This document shows, one piece after another, positions 28,477 to 38,434 of a stretch of 64,000 bases of DNA. The translations under genes were made by a program, and so were the position numbers. Numbering within the stretch: the stretch's first letter is position 1; each line of letters opens with the position of its first letter. Under the pieces are notes generated by a model, which worked only from the letters and a program-made list of their open reading frames with translations, ran no database searches and was not told the origin of the DNA. This DNA is from Octopus vulgaris (taxonomy: Eukaryota), in assembly GCA_951406725.2 (NCBI GenBank), contig OX597822.1, forward strand, positions 70,680,001 to 70,744,000, in the 5' to 3' direction.

Positions 28477-29507
28477 TCGGTGTTTTTGTGCGTGTAAACA
28501 AGAGGATCCATTCTTGCCAAATCTTTGTTTTGTGCAACAGTTTTTCATTTTACCATATTTACTGGTGTGTGGTAGTTGTAAATGAGTGTCACTGTTAGGC
28601 AAGTGGTGTCTTTGGTTTCCAAACTGCCATATAAAAAAGAAAAAAAACATGTCTGGTCATGGAGAAATATTGCTTCACCTGGAAACGGGTGAAGGTTTGC
28701 AACAGGGAGGGCATCCTGCCATAGAAGATACGTCTTAAGAAATTCCATCCAATCCATGCAAGCATGTAAAATTGGACGTTAATGATAATGATAATGATAA
28801 TTTATAGTAAGACTTTAATATATTGTGGCAATGATGATGATGATAAATTCTTTTTAAATTTGGCATAATGCTAGCAAGTTTGAGGAAAGTTAATTATATT
28901 GGTTAAATAATAACAATAATAATTATTATTATTATTACTATAATAATAAATGCCCTGATGCAGTACTAGGCACTGGCTCTCATGGCTTCTGATCTTAAAT
29001 GATTGGAAGTGTTATCATGTACATTGTTTTGTCTTTGTGTAAAAGATGGGCTACAGCAAATATTCTGCTCAATACCATAGATTTGCTTGTCAGTTATTTG
29101 ACCATAACCAGTTGAGCATGTCCCTTAGTGGCTGACGATATGTGCATCTCTGATCACAAGCAGAAGTAGTGGGGAGCATCATAGTCATATGTTGAGAGGA
29201 ACTCTTTGAGGTTTGAATAATTCATGTATGAAAACATGGGTGTTTCGTTCCTTAAACAAGCCTTATTCAGGGACGTTTTGAATAGGATGAGCTACGTGAC
29301 CCGAAGAAAATTCTAATGGGGCTTCACCTGCAAGGTCATGTGCTGTTTGATTATCTTGATATGAGATCACCATATCACACACATGGTTGTGATGCATGTG
29401 CCTGGTGTACCATTATCAGACAGGAGTCATGATGGGTATATTGGACTTTGTATATTTGTACCCTAGTGTCACTTTGATGGCATGCACTGCTCTGGCACTC
29501 AAATAGA

Positions 29508-29885
29508 AAGTGCCAGATAATTGAATTTACAGTCCCAAACGATGGAAAAATTAATATGCGAAATATAAAAAAAATAGCAAAGTACCAGGACCTAGCTATT
29601 GAATTACAGACTATTGAAAGTGTGAGTTAAATGTATCCCAGTAGTTGTAGGTGCATTGAACTGAATAGATGGATTGAGGAAATAGATATAAAACCCAGTT
29701 TAGTACAGCTCCAGAAAACAGTATTATTTGGGACAGCTAAGATACTTAGGAGGGTTCTTGGCATCTAAGGTTACTTGCTGTAATCCAATAGGAGGGTTCT
29801 GGTATCCAAGGCTACTTGTAGTCTGATGTTAGGATTCATTTCTTTTCCAACAGTCTAATCTATTGAGTGTATATGAATAATAATA
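29508..29885 (+). mobile_element. 3' fragment of an R4/Dong-type non-LTR retrotransposon (restriction-like endonuclease)
   Basis: KCQIIEFTVPNDGKINMRNIKKIAKYQDLAIELQ...PVVVGAL...LQKTVLFGTAKILRRVLGI* (stop at 29766-29768, frameshifted), then a short 3' UTR ending in (TAA)n. Confidence 0.85.
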
Positions 29886-30124
29886 ATGATGATGATAATA
29901 ATAATAATTATAATAATAATAATAATAGTTATTGTTGTTGTTCTCTTCCTTCATTATATGTGTATGTATATATATATATATATGTATATATTCTTTATTT
30001 CTGAGTTAGAAACAGCTAATCAAAATTGTTATTTTGAAGCTTCTATGTTACTCTTTCTCTCTCTCTTTTTTTGTGCACCATTTATAACCTCATTGTATAA
30101 TATCATGCATCATTGCACTTTCAG

Positions 30125-30249
30125 CAATGCAGTCACCCCGACACAATAACAGTGGAGTTCTGCCTGACTTGCTGCCACCGCACACACCTCCGCAGTCCCG
30201 CTCACCCCCAATGCCTCAGAGACCACAAGACAAAAGCACTTCGGAAGAG
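30125..30249 (+). CDS. msn: Misshapen/MAP4K4-family kinase, internal coding exon (linker just upstream of the CNH domain)
   Basis: Reads MQSPRHNNSGVLPDLLPPHTPPQSRSPPMPQRPQDKSTSEE; the VLPDLL and DKSxSEE motifs match the msn/MAP4K4 linker. Acceptor cactttcag ends at 30124 (an alternative AG ends at 30132). Donor GAG|gtaaac is phase 0 and joins the next exon in frame. Confidence 0.88.
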
Positions 30250-30329
30250 GTAAACCTATCATTGTATTTTGTCAGATTTCCAGTCTTGATTAATTTTTTA
30301 ATAATTTTTAATTATTATCTTGCTATCTT

Positions 30330-30680
30330 TTACCTGTTACTTGTTTCCTGTCACTAGACTGCAGCCATGCTGGGGCACCACCGTGAATTTTTTTAGTCAA
30401 ATGAATTGACCCTGGTTCCTTTTTTTTTTTGTTAAATGCCTGGTACTTATTCTATCAGTCTCTTTTGCTGAACTGCGAAATTATGAGGATGTAAACACAC
30501 CAACACCAGTTGTTAAACAGTGGTTGTATACAAACACTAGCAGAATGACACACACAACCACAAACATATTTATACGCTATGGGCTTCCATACAGTTTCTA
30601 TCTATCAAATCTCCTCAGAAGACTTGCCATGCAGTGGGACTGAACCCGGAGCCATATGGTTGGGAACCACACAGCCATGC
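30330..30680 (-). mobile_element. SINE family A, degenerate
   Basis: Reverse complement of the consensus, about 80 nt downstream of the exon donor. Confidence 0.75.
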
Positions 30681-30734
30681 ATGGGCCTAAATCAATTAGT
30701 GAAATCACGATAACAACTGTCAGTTATGATGGTG

Positions 30735-31040
30735 GATGTTCCAGTTGATCCAATCAATGGAACAGCCTGCTCATGAAATGAACATGCAAGTGGCTGAGTA
30801 CTCCACAGACATATACCCTAAACGTAGTTCACAGGAAGACTCAGTGTGACACAGAATGTGACAGGGCTGGCCCTTTGAATTACAGGTGCAATTCACTTTT
30901 GTCAGCTGAGTGGACTGGAGCAACTTGAAATAAAGTTTTAAGCCAGAGGTACAGTGCATCACTGGGATTTGAACTGGGATTTGAACTCATGACCTTCCGA
31001 TTGTGAGCTGAATAGCCTAACCACTAAGACATGTGTCTTC
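30735..31040 (-). mobile_element. tRNA-headed SINE family D; fragments also at about 770-925 and 10740-10900
   Basis: Recurrent gctgagtggactggagcaac.tgaaataaag and gaactc...aaccactaag (reverse-complement head). Confidence 0.65.
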
Positions 31041-32009
31041 ATGAAATCATGATATCTTCCACTAAGTCATACTTATTTTCAGATGATGGTTGCTATGCTA
31101 CTTCCAGAAGGAAAACGGTTAAGTGAATAAAGCAATACACTGCAAGCTGATTGATCATAGCATCGAATTGATTTCAGATATGTCTTGCATATTTGGATTG
31201 GATATTTAATATAGTAAATATCAGTCACAAATTGCCTATCCGTTGGCAGTATGTATATCATGTCTTTGTGGAGAATGACAACATATCACATAGATTGGTG
31301 TCCTGTCAAGTAAGTCACTTAGTTCTTGCTATGAGAAATAATGCTGTGAAATTTGAGTTCGGTACCGGTCCTGAAACTGTTTTTGTTTGGTTTCTAAACT
31401 GCACTGATGTAAATAGTCTAAGTTAGGAACTCCTTCAACTTTTAAAATTGAGTGAACCAGTGTAATAAGATGGATGGTTAGCGCAAGTTCACTTGTGAAT
31501 GTCTTCTACTTTCAGACATTACAATAGAAGAAAAATATTTAAATTTGCCAATACAAAATACTAACAGTGCTAAGTGCTCAACCTGGAGAGAATTAGCAGA
31601 TACTGTTGTGAAGAATGTAATGCAACAAGCATATCTATAAACACCTCATCTTCCTTCATGTGACTTGAGTGTGAAGTGAGTAATAATAATAGTCAGTAAA
31701 ATATGAATAAAGAAGAATGAAAAAGAAAAAGAATATTTCAAAAATTATGAAAAGGAGCGAAATAAAAATAAATGCACTTAATATCTTCGATTTATTATGC
31801 TTTAAACAAAATGTGAGAAAATATTTAAGATGTGATGTTAAATGCATATAAAAGTAGAATAAATACAGTGAGTTTGCATAGAGTTACAGCAAAGCCATAA
31901 AAATAGACAGGGTAGACATATTAGAGCTTTTACACAGTCAAGTGTGTGTGTGTGTGTGTGTTTGTGTGTTTACACGCCTATATAATACACACACACGCAC
32001 ATAGACACA

Positions 32010-32252
32010 CAGGGTGGACCAGAAGTCATGCACAAAATAAGTTCAATACGCTCCGGAATTGTCAAAGACTTGCTTCGATTTTTCTAAAATTGAATAAAAT
32101 AAATAAAATAATGATGAATAGACACATACTTGTACATGATGAACAAAATGAATAATAACAACAACAATAATAATAATGATAATAATAATAATAATATATA
32201 AATAAAATGTTGGATGTTTTGGTGCCTGACTTTGTGACTTTCACTCACCCTG
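32010..32252. mobile_element. Tc1/mariner-type MITE
   Basis: Imperfect TIRs cagggtggaccagaagtca ... tgactttcactcaccctg|ta. Confidence 0.55.
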
Positions 32253-32679
32253 TATATATACATATATACATACATACATGTGAACATGTCTGGATATTCA
32301 ACAATATGCATGAGAATACACACATAAAACATACAAATCTGTACATACATACATATATACATTACATACATACATACATTCAAACAAAAATACCCCTATT
32401 GTTGATGTTGGAATTCCAATGAAGAAGCCTTGGATCTAGGTTAGAAACCAGTTCTTTCTCTATTGGCAAGAAATCTTGAAATAAACTGAATAATGACATA
32501 CGTACATACACACACACATTTACTGGCATGGTGGCTGAATGGTTACAAAGTTCACTTTACCACCATGAGGTTCCAGGTTTGTGATATCACTGCATGATAT
32601 GCTGAGCAAGTCTCTTTGCTATAGCCTCAAGTCAACCTAAGACTTGTGTGTATGAATGTGGATATACTGAAATCCATGA

Positions 32680-33060
32680 CGGAGCAACAATGCTATAAAC
32701 CTCAGAAGACAATAACTCAAACTGGGCCTGTGTTACACCAGCAACGTTTTTGTCAGTGTGTACCCCTACACAGCTCTTTGTCCAGTTCACTGGATCCATT
32801 TAGTGCTGATTGGTCTCTATGGTAACAATTGCATCAGCGTTACCATACACTCCTCAGAGCTTCGTCTCTTACACTAAACTGTCCCACCTTGCTCTAGAAT
32901 TCACAGCTATTGCATCTGAGATTTCTTTCAGCTTCTTAGGATCTTCGTCACTATTGATGACCTCCACTTGTCCAACTCTGTCCACTATAAGCCTTGACTC
33001 TCACTCCTATCTTCATTTATTCCTTCTCCCACCTTGGCTACATCAAATCCATTATTGTTT
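32680..33060 (+). pseudogene. Degraded Penelope-like element reverse transcriptase fragment
   Basis: With frameshifts reads ...SHLALEFTAIASEISFSFL(D)..VTIDDLHLSNSVHYKP.DSHSYLH..SFSHLGYIKSI, matching the PLE RT pattern FHPALxFT...FLD...TSVHYKPTDSHSYLxxxSSHPxHxKxSI. Confidence 0.75.
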
Positions 33061-33256
33061 TACATTATTTATTTGATGGATATTTGTCCTCGTCTTGTTT
33101 GTTGTTAACACAACATTTTGGCTGATATACCCTCCAGCCTTCATCAGGTGTCCTGGGGAAATTTCAAACCTGGGTTCTCATTCCTAAGGTATTTTTTGAT
33201 GTTGTCGGCGTCGTCGTCGTTGTTGTTGTTATTGTTATTATTATTATTATTATTGC

Positions 33257-33333
<77 letters not shown>

Positions 33334-33687
33334 TCACTGCCTGGAATCAAACTCAGAATCTAGGGGTTAGTAGCCTGCGCTCTTAACCACTACGCCATGT
33401 GCCCGTGGTTAAGAGCATGGGCTACTAACTCCAAGATTCTGAGTTCGATTCCAGACAGTGACCTGATTAATAATAATAATAATAATAGTAATAATAATAA
33501 TAATAATGATAATGACAACAACATCGAAAAATACCTTAGGAATGAGAACCCAGGTTCAAAATTTCCCCAAGACACCTGATGAAGGCTGGAGGGTTATGTT
33601 AGCAACAAGCAAGATGAGGAGAAATGTCCGTCAAATATAAATAATGTAAATGATGTACATAATTCTCATCTCTTAAATATAGAACTG
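33061..33687. mobile_element. Head-to-head inverted pair of a tRNA-headed, hammerhead-bearing non-autonomous retroelement (Penelope-type inverted structure)
   Basis: Left arm (minus strand, to 33404) has the full head gggcacatggcgtagtggttaagagcgc...gagtttgattcc; right arm starts 5'-truncated at 33405. Both continue into (TAA)n and ...gacacctgatgaaggctggagggt. Confidence 0.85.
33107..33152 (-). ncRNA. Minimal type I hammerhead ribozyme motif (mutated copy)
   Basis: Minus strand: gacac-CTGATGA-a-ggctg-gagggtatat-cagcc-aAAA-tg-TT-gtgtt. Stem I gacac/gtgtt, stem II ggctg/cagcc; GAAACG appears decayed to AAAATG, consistent with two CpG transitions. Confidence 0.7.
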
Positions 33688-33837
33688 CGTAATTGTTTTC
33701 TATCTCGTCATCTAACTTCACTCATTGTGCAAACTTAACCTTTTAGAATTTAAACCAATCATATCCGGCCTTCCCCTCCTCTCAAAACTGCTGGCGTTGT
33801 GCCACAAATTAGAAAGAATCGTTATTATTATCATTAT

Positions 33838-34279
33838 TGTGGTGAACTGACAGAATTGTTAGTACACTAGGTAAAATGCTTAGCAGCATTTCATCTGTCT
33901 TTACGTTCTTAGTTCAAATTCTGCTGAGGTCGACTTTGCTTTTCATCTTTTTGGGGTCAGTGAAATAAGTACCAGTTATGTGCTGGAATTGATATAATCG
34001 ACTGGGCCCCCTTCCCCCAAATTTCAGGCCTTGTGCCTTTAGTAGAAAGGATTATTATTAATATTATTATGGCGAAATGACAGAATCGTTAGCATGCTAG
34101 GCAAAATGCTTAGTGGCATTTCATTCATCTTCAGGTTCTGAGTTCAAATTCCGCCAAGGCTGACTTCGTCTTTTATCCTTTTGGAGTCGATAAAATAAGT
34201 GCTAGTTGAGATCTGGGGTCGATATAATCGACTTCCCTCTCCCAAAATCTGCTGGCCTTGTACCAAAATTTAAAACCAT

Positions 34280-34280
<1 letters not shown>
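33838..34280 (+). mobile_element. Two tandem SINE family B copies with (TTA)/(CTA) tails
   Basis: Two consecutive consensus matches, about 33838-34060 and 34070-34280. Confidence 0.85.
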
Positions 34281-34324
<44 letters not shown>

Positions 34325-36155
34325 CACCACCACCACTGCTGCTGCTGCTATAGAGAAGCAAATCTCCTTCTCACTCCTTTCCTCCTTCTCTTTAACTTGC
34401 ATCATCCAAAAGCTTTTAAGAGGAATGTTAGTCAAGTGTAGCTTTAGCTATTTGTTAGCTGCTGTAATGGAAGGTTTTGTAAATTAGTTTTAAACAGTTG
34501 GTCAGAAATTGATTTTGAGATCTTGTCGGGAAGTGAACATTCAGGATTGCTCTGCTAGACCTTTTGACTTACAATAGAGCAGAATTATCTCTAAATTGGT
34601 CTCATTCCAGTCAAAACAGGCCCTTGTGGCTTCGCTCGCAGCCAGGGCCACATATCTGAATGGCGAGATGTTGCACTTTCTGGTTATAATAATAGACTGT
34701 GACTGATCACAGCTTCCAGTGCATCTGGCCTGCAGCTTATAGATGCCGTTGTCTTGTGTCAGTGAGCAGTGCTGCATTGCTCTGGTGAAATGCCAGTCAA
34801 ATCACTCTCGTTTGCTTGTCTACTTCTCTTCTTCTAACATTGACATCTCCTCCCTTCTTCCCTCTTTCTCTCTCTTGCTCAATAAACTTTCATATTACTC
34901 ACTCTCTTTCTCTCTATCTCTCCTTATAATATGTATATATGTGTATGTGTGTGTGTATATGTATATCCTTTCTTTGTGTTACGTTTGAACAATGAAAGTT
35001 ATTCTCCTTTTCCCTCTTTTTTTTTCTCTCCTTATATCCATGCTATTTTATTCTGCCTTGCTATCCCTCTTTGCCTGTCTGTCTGTCTGTCTGCCTGTCT
35101 CTCTCTCTCTCTCTCTCTCTCCAATGTTTGATCTGTCTAAGTATCAGTTTGACACATTCTTTCTAATGCTGTTTTGCTTCTCTCTCTTTCTCTCATTCTC
35201 TCTGTCTCTCTCTCTCTATCTCTTTCAGTCTCTCTGTCTCTTTTCCTTTATCTTTCTCTCTCTTTCCCTATCTATTTCATTTTCTCACACTGCTGTCCCT
35301 TCTCCTTTATTCTCCTTTTTTCTTTCTATTTTGTAGCCTCCCTCCCTCCTTCCCCTGCTGCCTCTTCCTTTTTTGTTTCTTCTCTCTTTCTCTCTCTCTC
35401 TCTCTCACTCCCCTTCTCTCCATTTTGGGACAGAAGAGAAATGGACCACTTTAGCTATGGTTCTGTCTCCAACTTATTGCTTGTGATGTTTTATAAAGAG
35501 AGAAAGGGGGAGAGAGAGAGACATAATAAAAAGTGACAGATATATATGTATATGTGTGTTGGAGGGGATATGTTAGGGAAAAAGGGAGGAGGAGAAGGAG
35601 AGGTATTGGGGTGGGCCGTTACTTTTAAGAGCCCCCCCCCCCCCCAACTATAACCATGTTAGCATGAAATGGTGGAATCTGAAACAATGTTAGTGGTTAA
35701 TAGCGATGGCAGTGGTGGAGGTGGTGGTGGTGGTGGTGGTGGTGTCAGTGAGGATGATGGTGATGATGGACTTTGGAGTTTGTGGAAGTGTGGTGGTGTG
35801 TGGTGTTGTGGTGGTGGGGTTGTGGTTCTAGAAATGGTGTTGGCGTTGATGTTGGTATTTGTGGTGATGGAGATGGCGGCGGCAGCGGCAGCAGTGGTGA
35901 TACTAGCAGGACAGTTTATCGATGCCAGAACCGATGTGCTTCAGCTTCCAGGCTTACTGTTCATGTCAAAAATTGGATTAGAACGGAAAGACAACTGCAA
36001 AGGATGGTTGCTGTTGTTGTTGTTGTTGTTGCTGTTAGTGGTGGTGGTGCTGGTGCTGGTGGTATTTGGAGAAAAGTGGTTGTACTGGGAAGGAGAGCTG
36101 GCCCAGAGAGAGTCAGTGAGAAGAGAGATAAAACAAACAAACAACAGCAGCAACG

Positions 36156-36156
<1 letters not shown>

Positions 36157-36189
<33 letters not shown>

Positions 36190-36385
36190 TGATGATAATA
36201 ATAATACTAATAATAATGATAATACTAATAATAATAATAATACTAATAATAATGATAATACTAATAATAATAATAATAATGATAATAATAATAATAATAA
36301 TAATAAAAATAGTAATGGTAATAATAATAAAAATAGTATTGGTAATAATAATAATAATGATAATAAAAATAATAATAATAATAAT
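36157..36385. repeat. (TAA)n microsatellite
   Basis: Direct reading. Confidence 0.95.
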
Positions 36386-36604
36386 TTGTTATAAAATAAT
36401 AAACAAGAAAAAAATATACACAAAAGGCAAATATCAAGGCAGAGCAGGGTTGTGTGTGAATGGGGCAGCGATGGGATTGGAGAATTGTTGATTTGATTCA
36501 AACATTAAATTTTGTTATATTTACTTGTCAGGATAAATAAGTAAATAAAAGAGAGTTGTGTAAGTGTTTGGCGGAGTTGGAGGGAATGTTTTTTTTGCAG
36601 TGAG

Positions 36605-36636
<32 letters not shown>

Positions 36637-36735
36637 ACACAAACGCATATACAAACTCATGCAATGCAAATTCAAGCACTTACATGTATTCATGTTGGAT
36701 TGTGTATATGCCTGTATATATGGATGTGTGTGTAT

Positions 36736-36770
<35 letters not shown>

Positions 36771-36794
36771 GATAGATAGATAGATATATATATA

Positions 36795-36914
36795 TATATA
36801 GATAGATAGATAGATGTGTATGTGTGTGTGTGTAATTGTGTATCTGTATGTATGTATATATATATATATATATAGATGTGTATGTGTGTGTGTGTAATTG
36901 TGTATCTGTATGTG

Positions 36915-36955
<41 letters not shown>

Positions 36956-37015
36956 AATTGTGTATCTGTATATGTATATATATATATATATTTGTGTGTG
37001 TGTGTAATTGTGTAT
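36795..37015. repeat. About 60-bp higher-order tandem repeat built from microsatellites
   Basis: Unit (tg)n-taattgtgtatctgta-(ta)n repeated 3-4 times. Confidence 0.8.
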
Positions 37016-37845
37016 GTGTGTATGTATATCTACATGTATGTATGTATATATGTGTGTGTATGAAAGAGTTCCTAATCTTTGAAAGTGAATGAATGTGTAT
37101 ATATGTGTCTATAAATGTGTGTATGTGTGTATATATATGTGTGTGGACACACACACATTCTTTAAGAAACACACACACTTTAAACAAGTGACTCGTTTAA
37201 TATTGATTGATTTCATTTTGCAATCAATAACAAACTTCATTGATCGCAGTTTATTCTACTTCAAATTTTTTTTTTTTGCACGCTTGGGCAGGGTTGTGGG
37301 AGTGGTGGATACTGGATGGTAATGTTTGTGGGATGTTAAAAGGCTGTTTTCTGTTTTAAAGATATATAAACCAACTTGACAGTGGTTAAAGAACCAGCTT
37401 TCTGTGTCTTGTATTCTTGTGTTTTTTTCTAGTTTGTGTTGTTATCCTTAACACAAAGAGTAAAGTGGTTATTTATGTAGTAAGAAGATGATGTTTGTAG
37501 TATTGACAGTAGAGAAGTGTGGGATATTCTTATATCACATAACTGTAAACTTGGTCTTTGGATTCATGTATACATTTCCAGCAATTATGTTTGTAATTCC
37601 TTTTAGTTTAGTTTGCTATGATGAAAATAAATGTTGTTTTACTTTTCTCCTCCCCCCCCCCCATTTTTTTTTCTTGTTTTGACAGGGTGTTTGTTATGGC
37701 AAGACAATGAAATCTTTGTAAGATGTGTATTAACTGTCTCATACAATCAAGATATTCAAACAAATAAACGAAGTCCTTATCTCAGCTCTATTTCATTGGT
37801 TTTGTTAGGAACAGACTCAATTGAGCATTAAATTGTATATTGTTT

Positions 37846-38171
37846 TAAGGTGGCGAGCTGGCAGAAACGCTAGCACGCCGGGTGAAATTCGTAGCAGTAT
37901 TTCATCTGTCTTTATGTTCTGAGTTCAAATTCCACTGAGGTCGACTTTGCCTTTCATCCTTTTGGAGTCGATAAATTAAGTACCAGTTGCATACTGGTGT
38001 TGATCTAATCGACTACCCTCCCTCCCTACAAATTTCGGGCATTGTGGGCTGTGTGGTAAGTAGCTTGCTTACCAACCACATGGATCTGGGTTCAGTCCCA
38101 CTGCATGGCACCTCGGGCTGACCAAAGCCTTGTGAGTGGATTTAGTAGACAGAAACTGAAAATAGCCTGTC

Positions 38172-38224
<53 letters not shown>

Positions 38225-38434
38225 TGTGTGTGTGTATATGTTTGTGTGTCTGTGTTTGTCCCCCAACATCGTTTGACAACCAATGCTGGTGTGTTTACGT
38301 CCCCGTAACTTAGCGGTTCGGCAAAAGAGACCGATAGAATAGGCTTACAAAGAATAAGTCCTGGGGTCGATTTACTCAACTTAAGGCGGTGCTCCAGCAT
38401 GGCCACAGTCAAATGACTGAAACAAGTAAAAGAG
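37846..38434 (+). mobile_element. SINE family B directly followed by SINE family A
   Basis: aaggtggcgagctggcagaa head at 37846; family A from about 38046 to the gaaacaagtaaaagag tail. Confidence 0.85.

Noticed and set aside
33330-33465. tRNA-like sequences (also 47767-47835 and other SINE heads)
   Set aside because: A and B boxes are present but there is no proper acceptor stem or cloverleaf; these are SINE heads, not tRNA genes.
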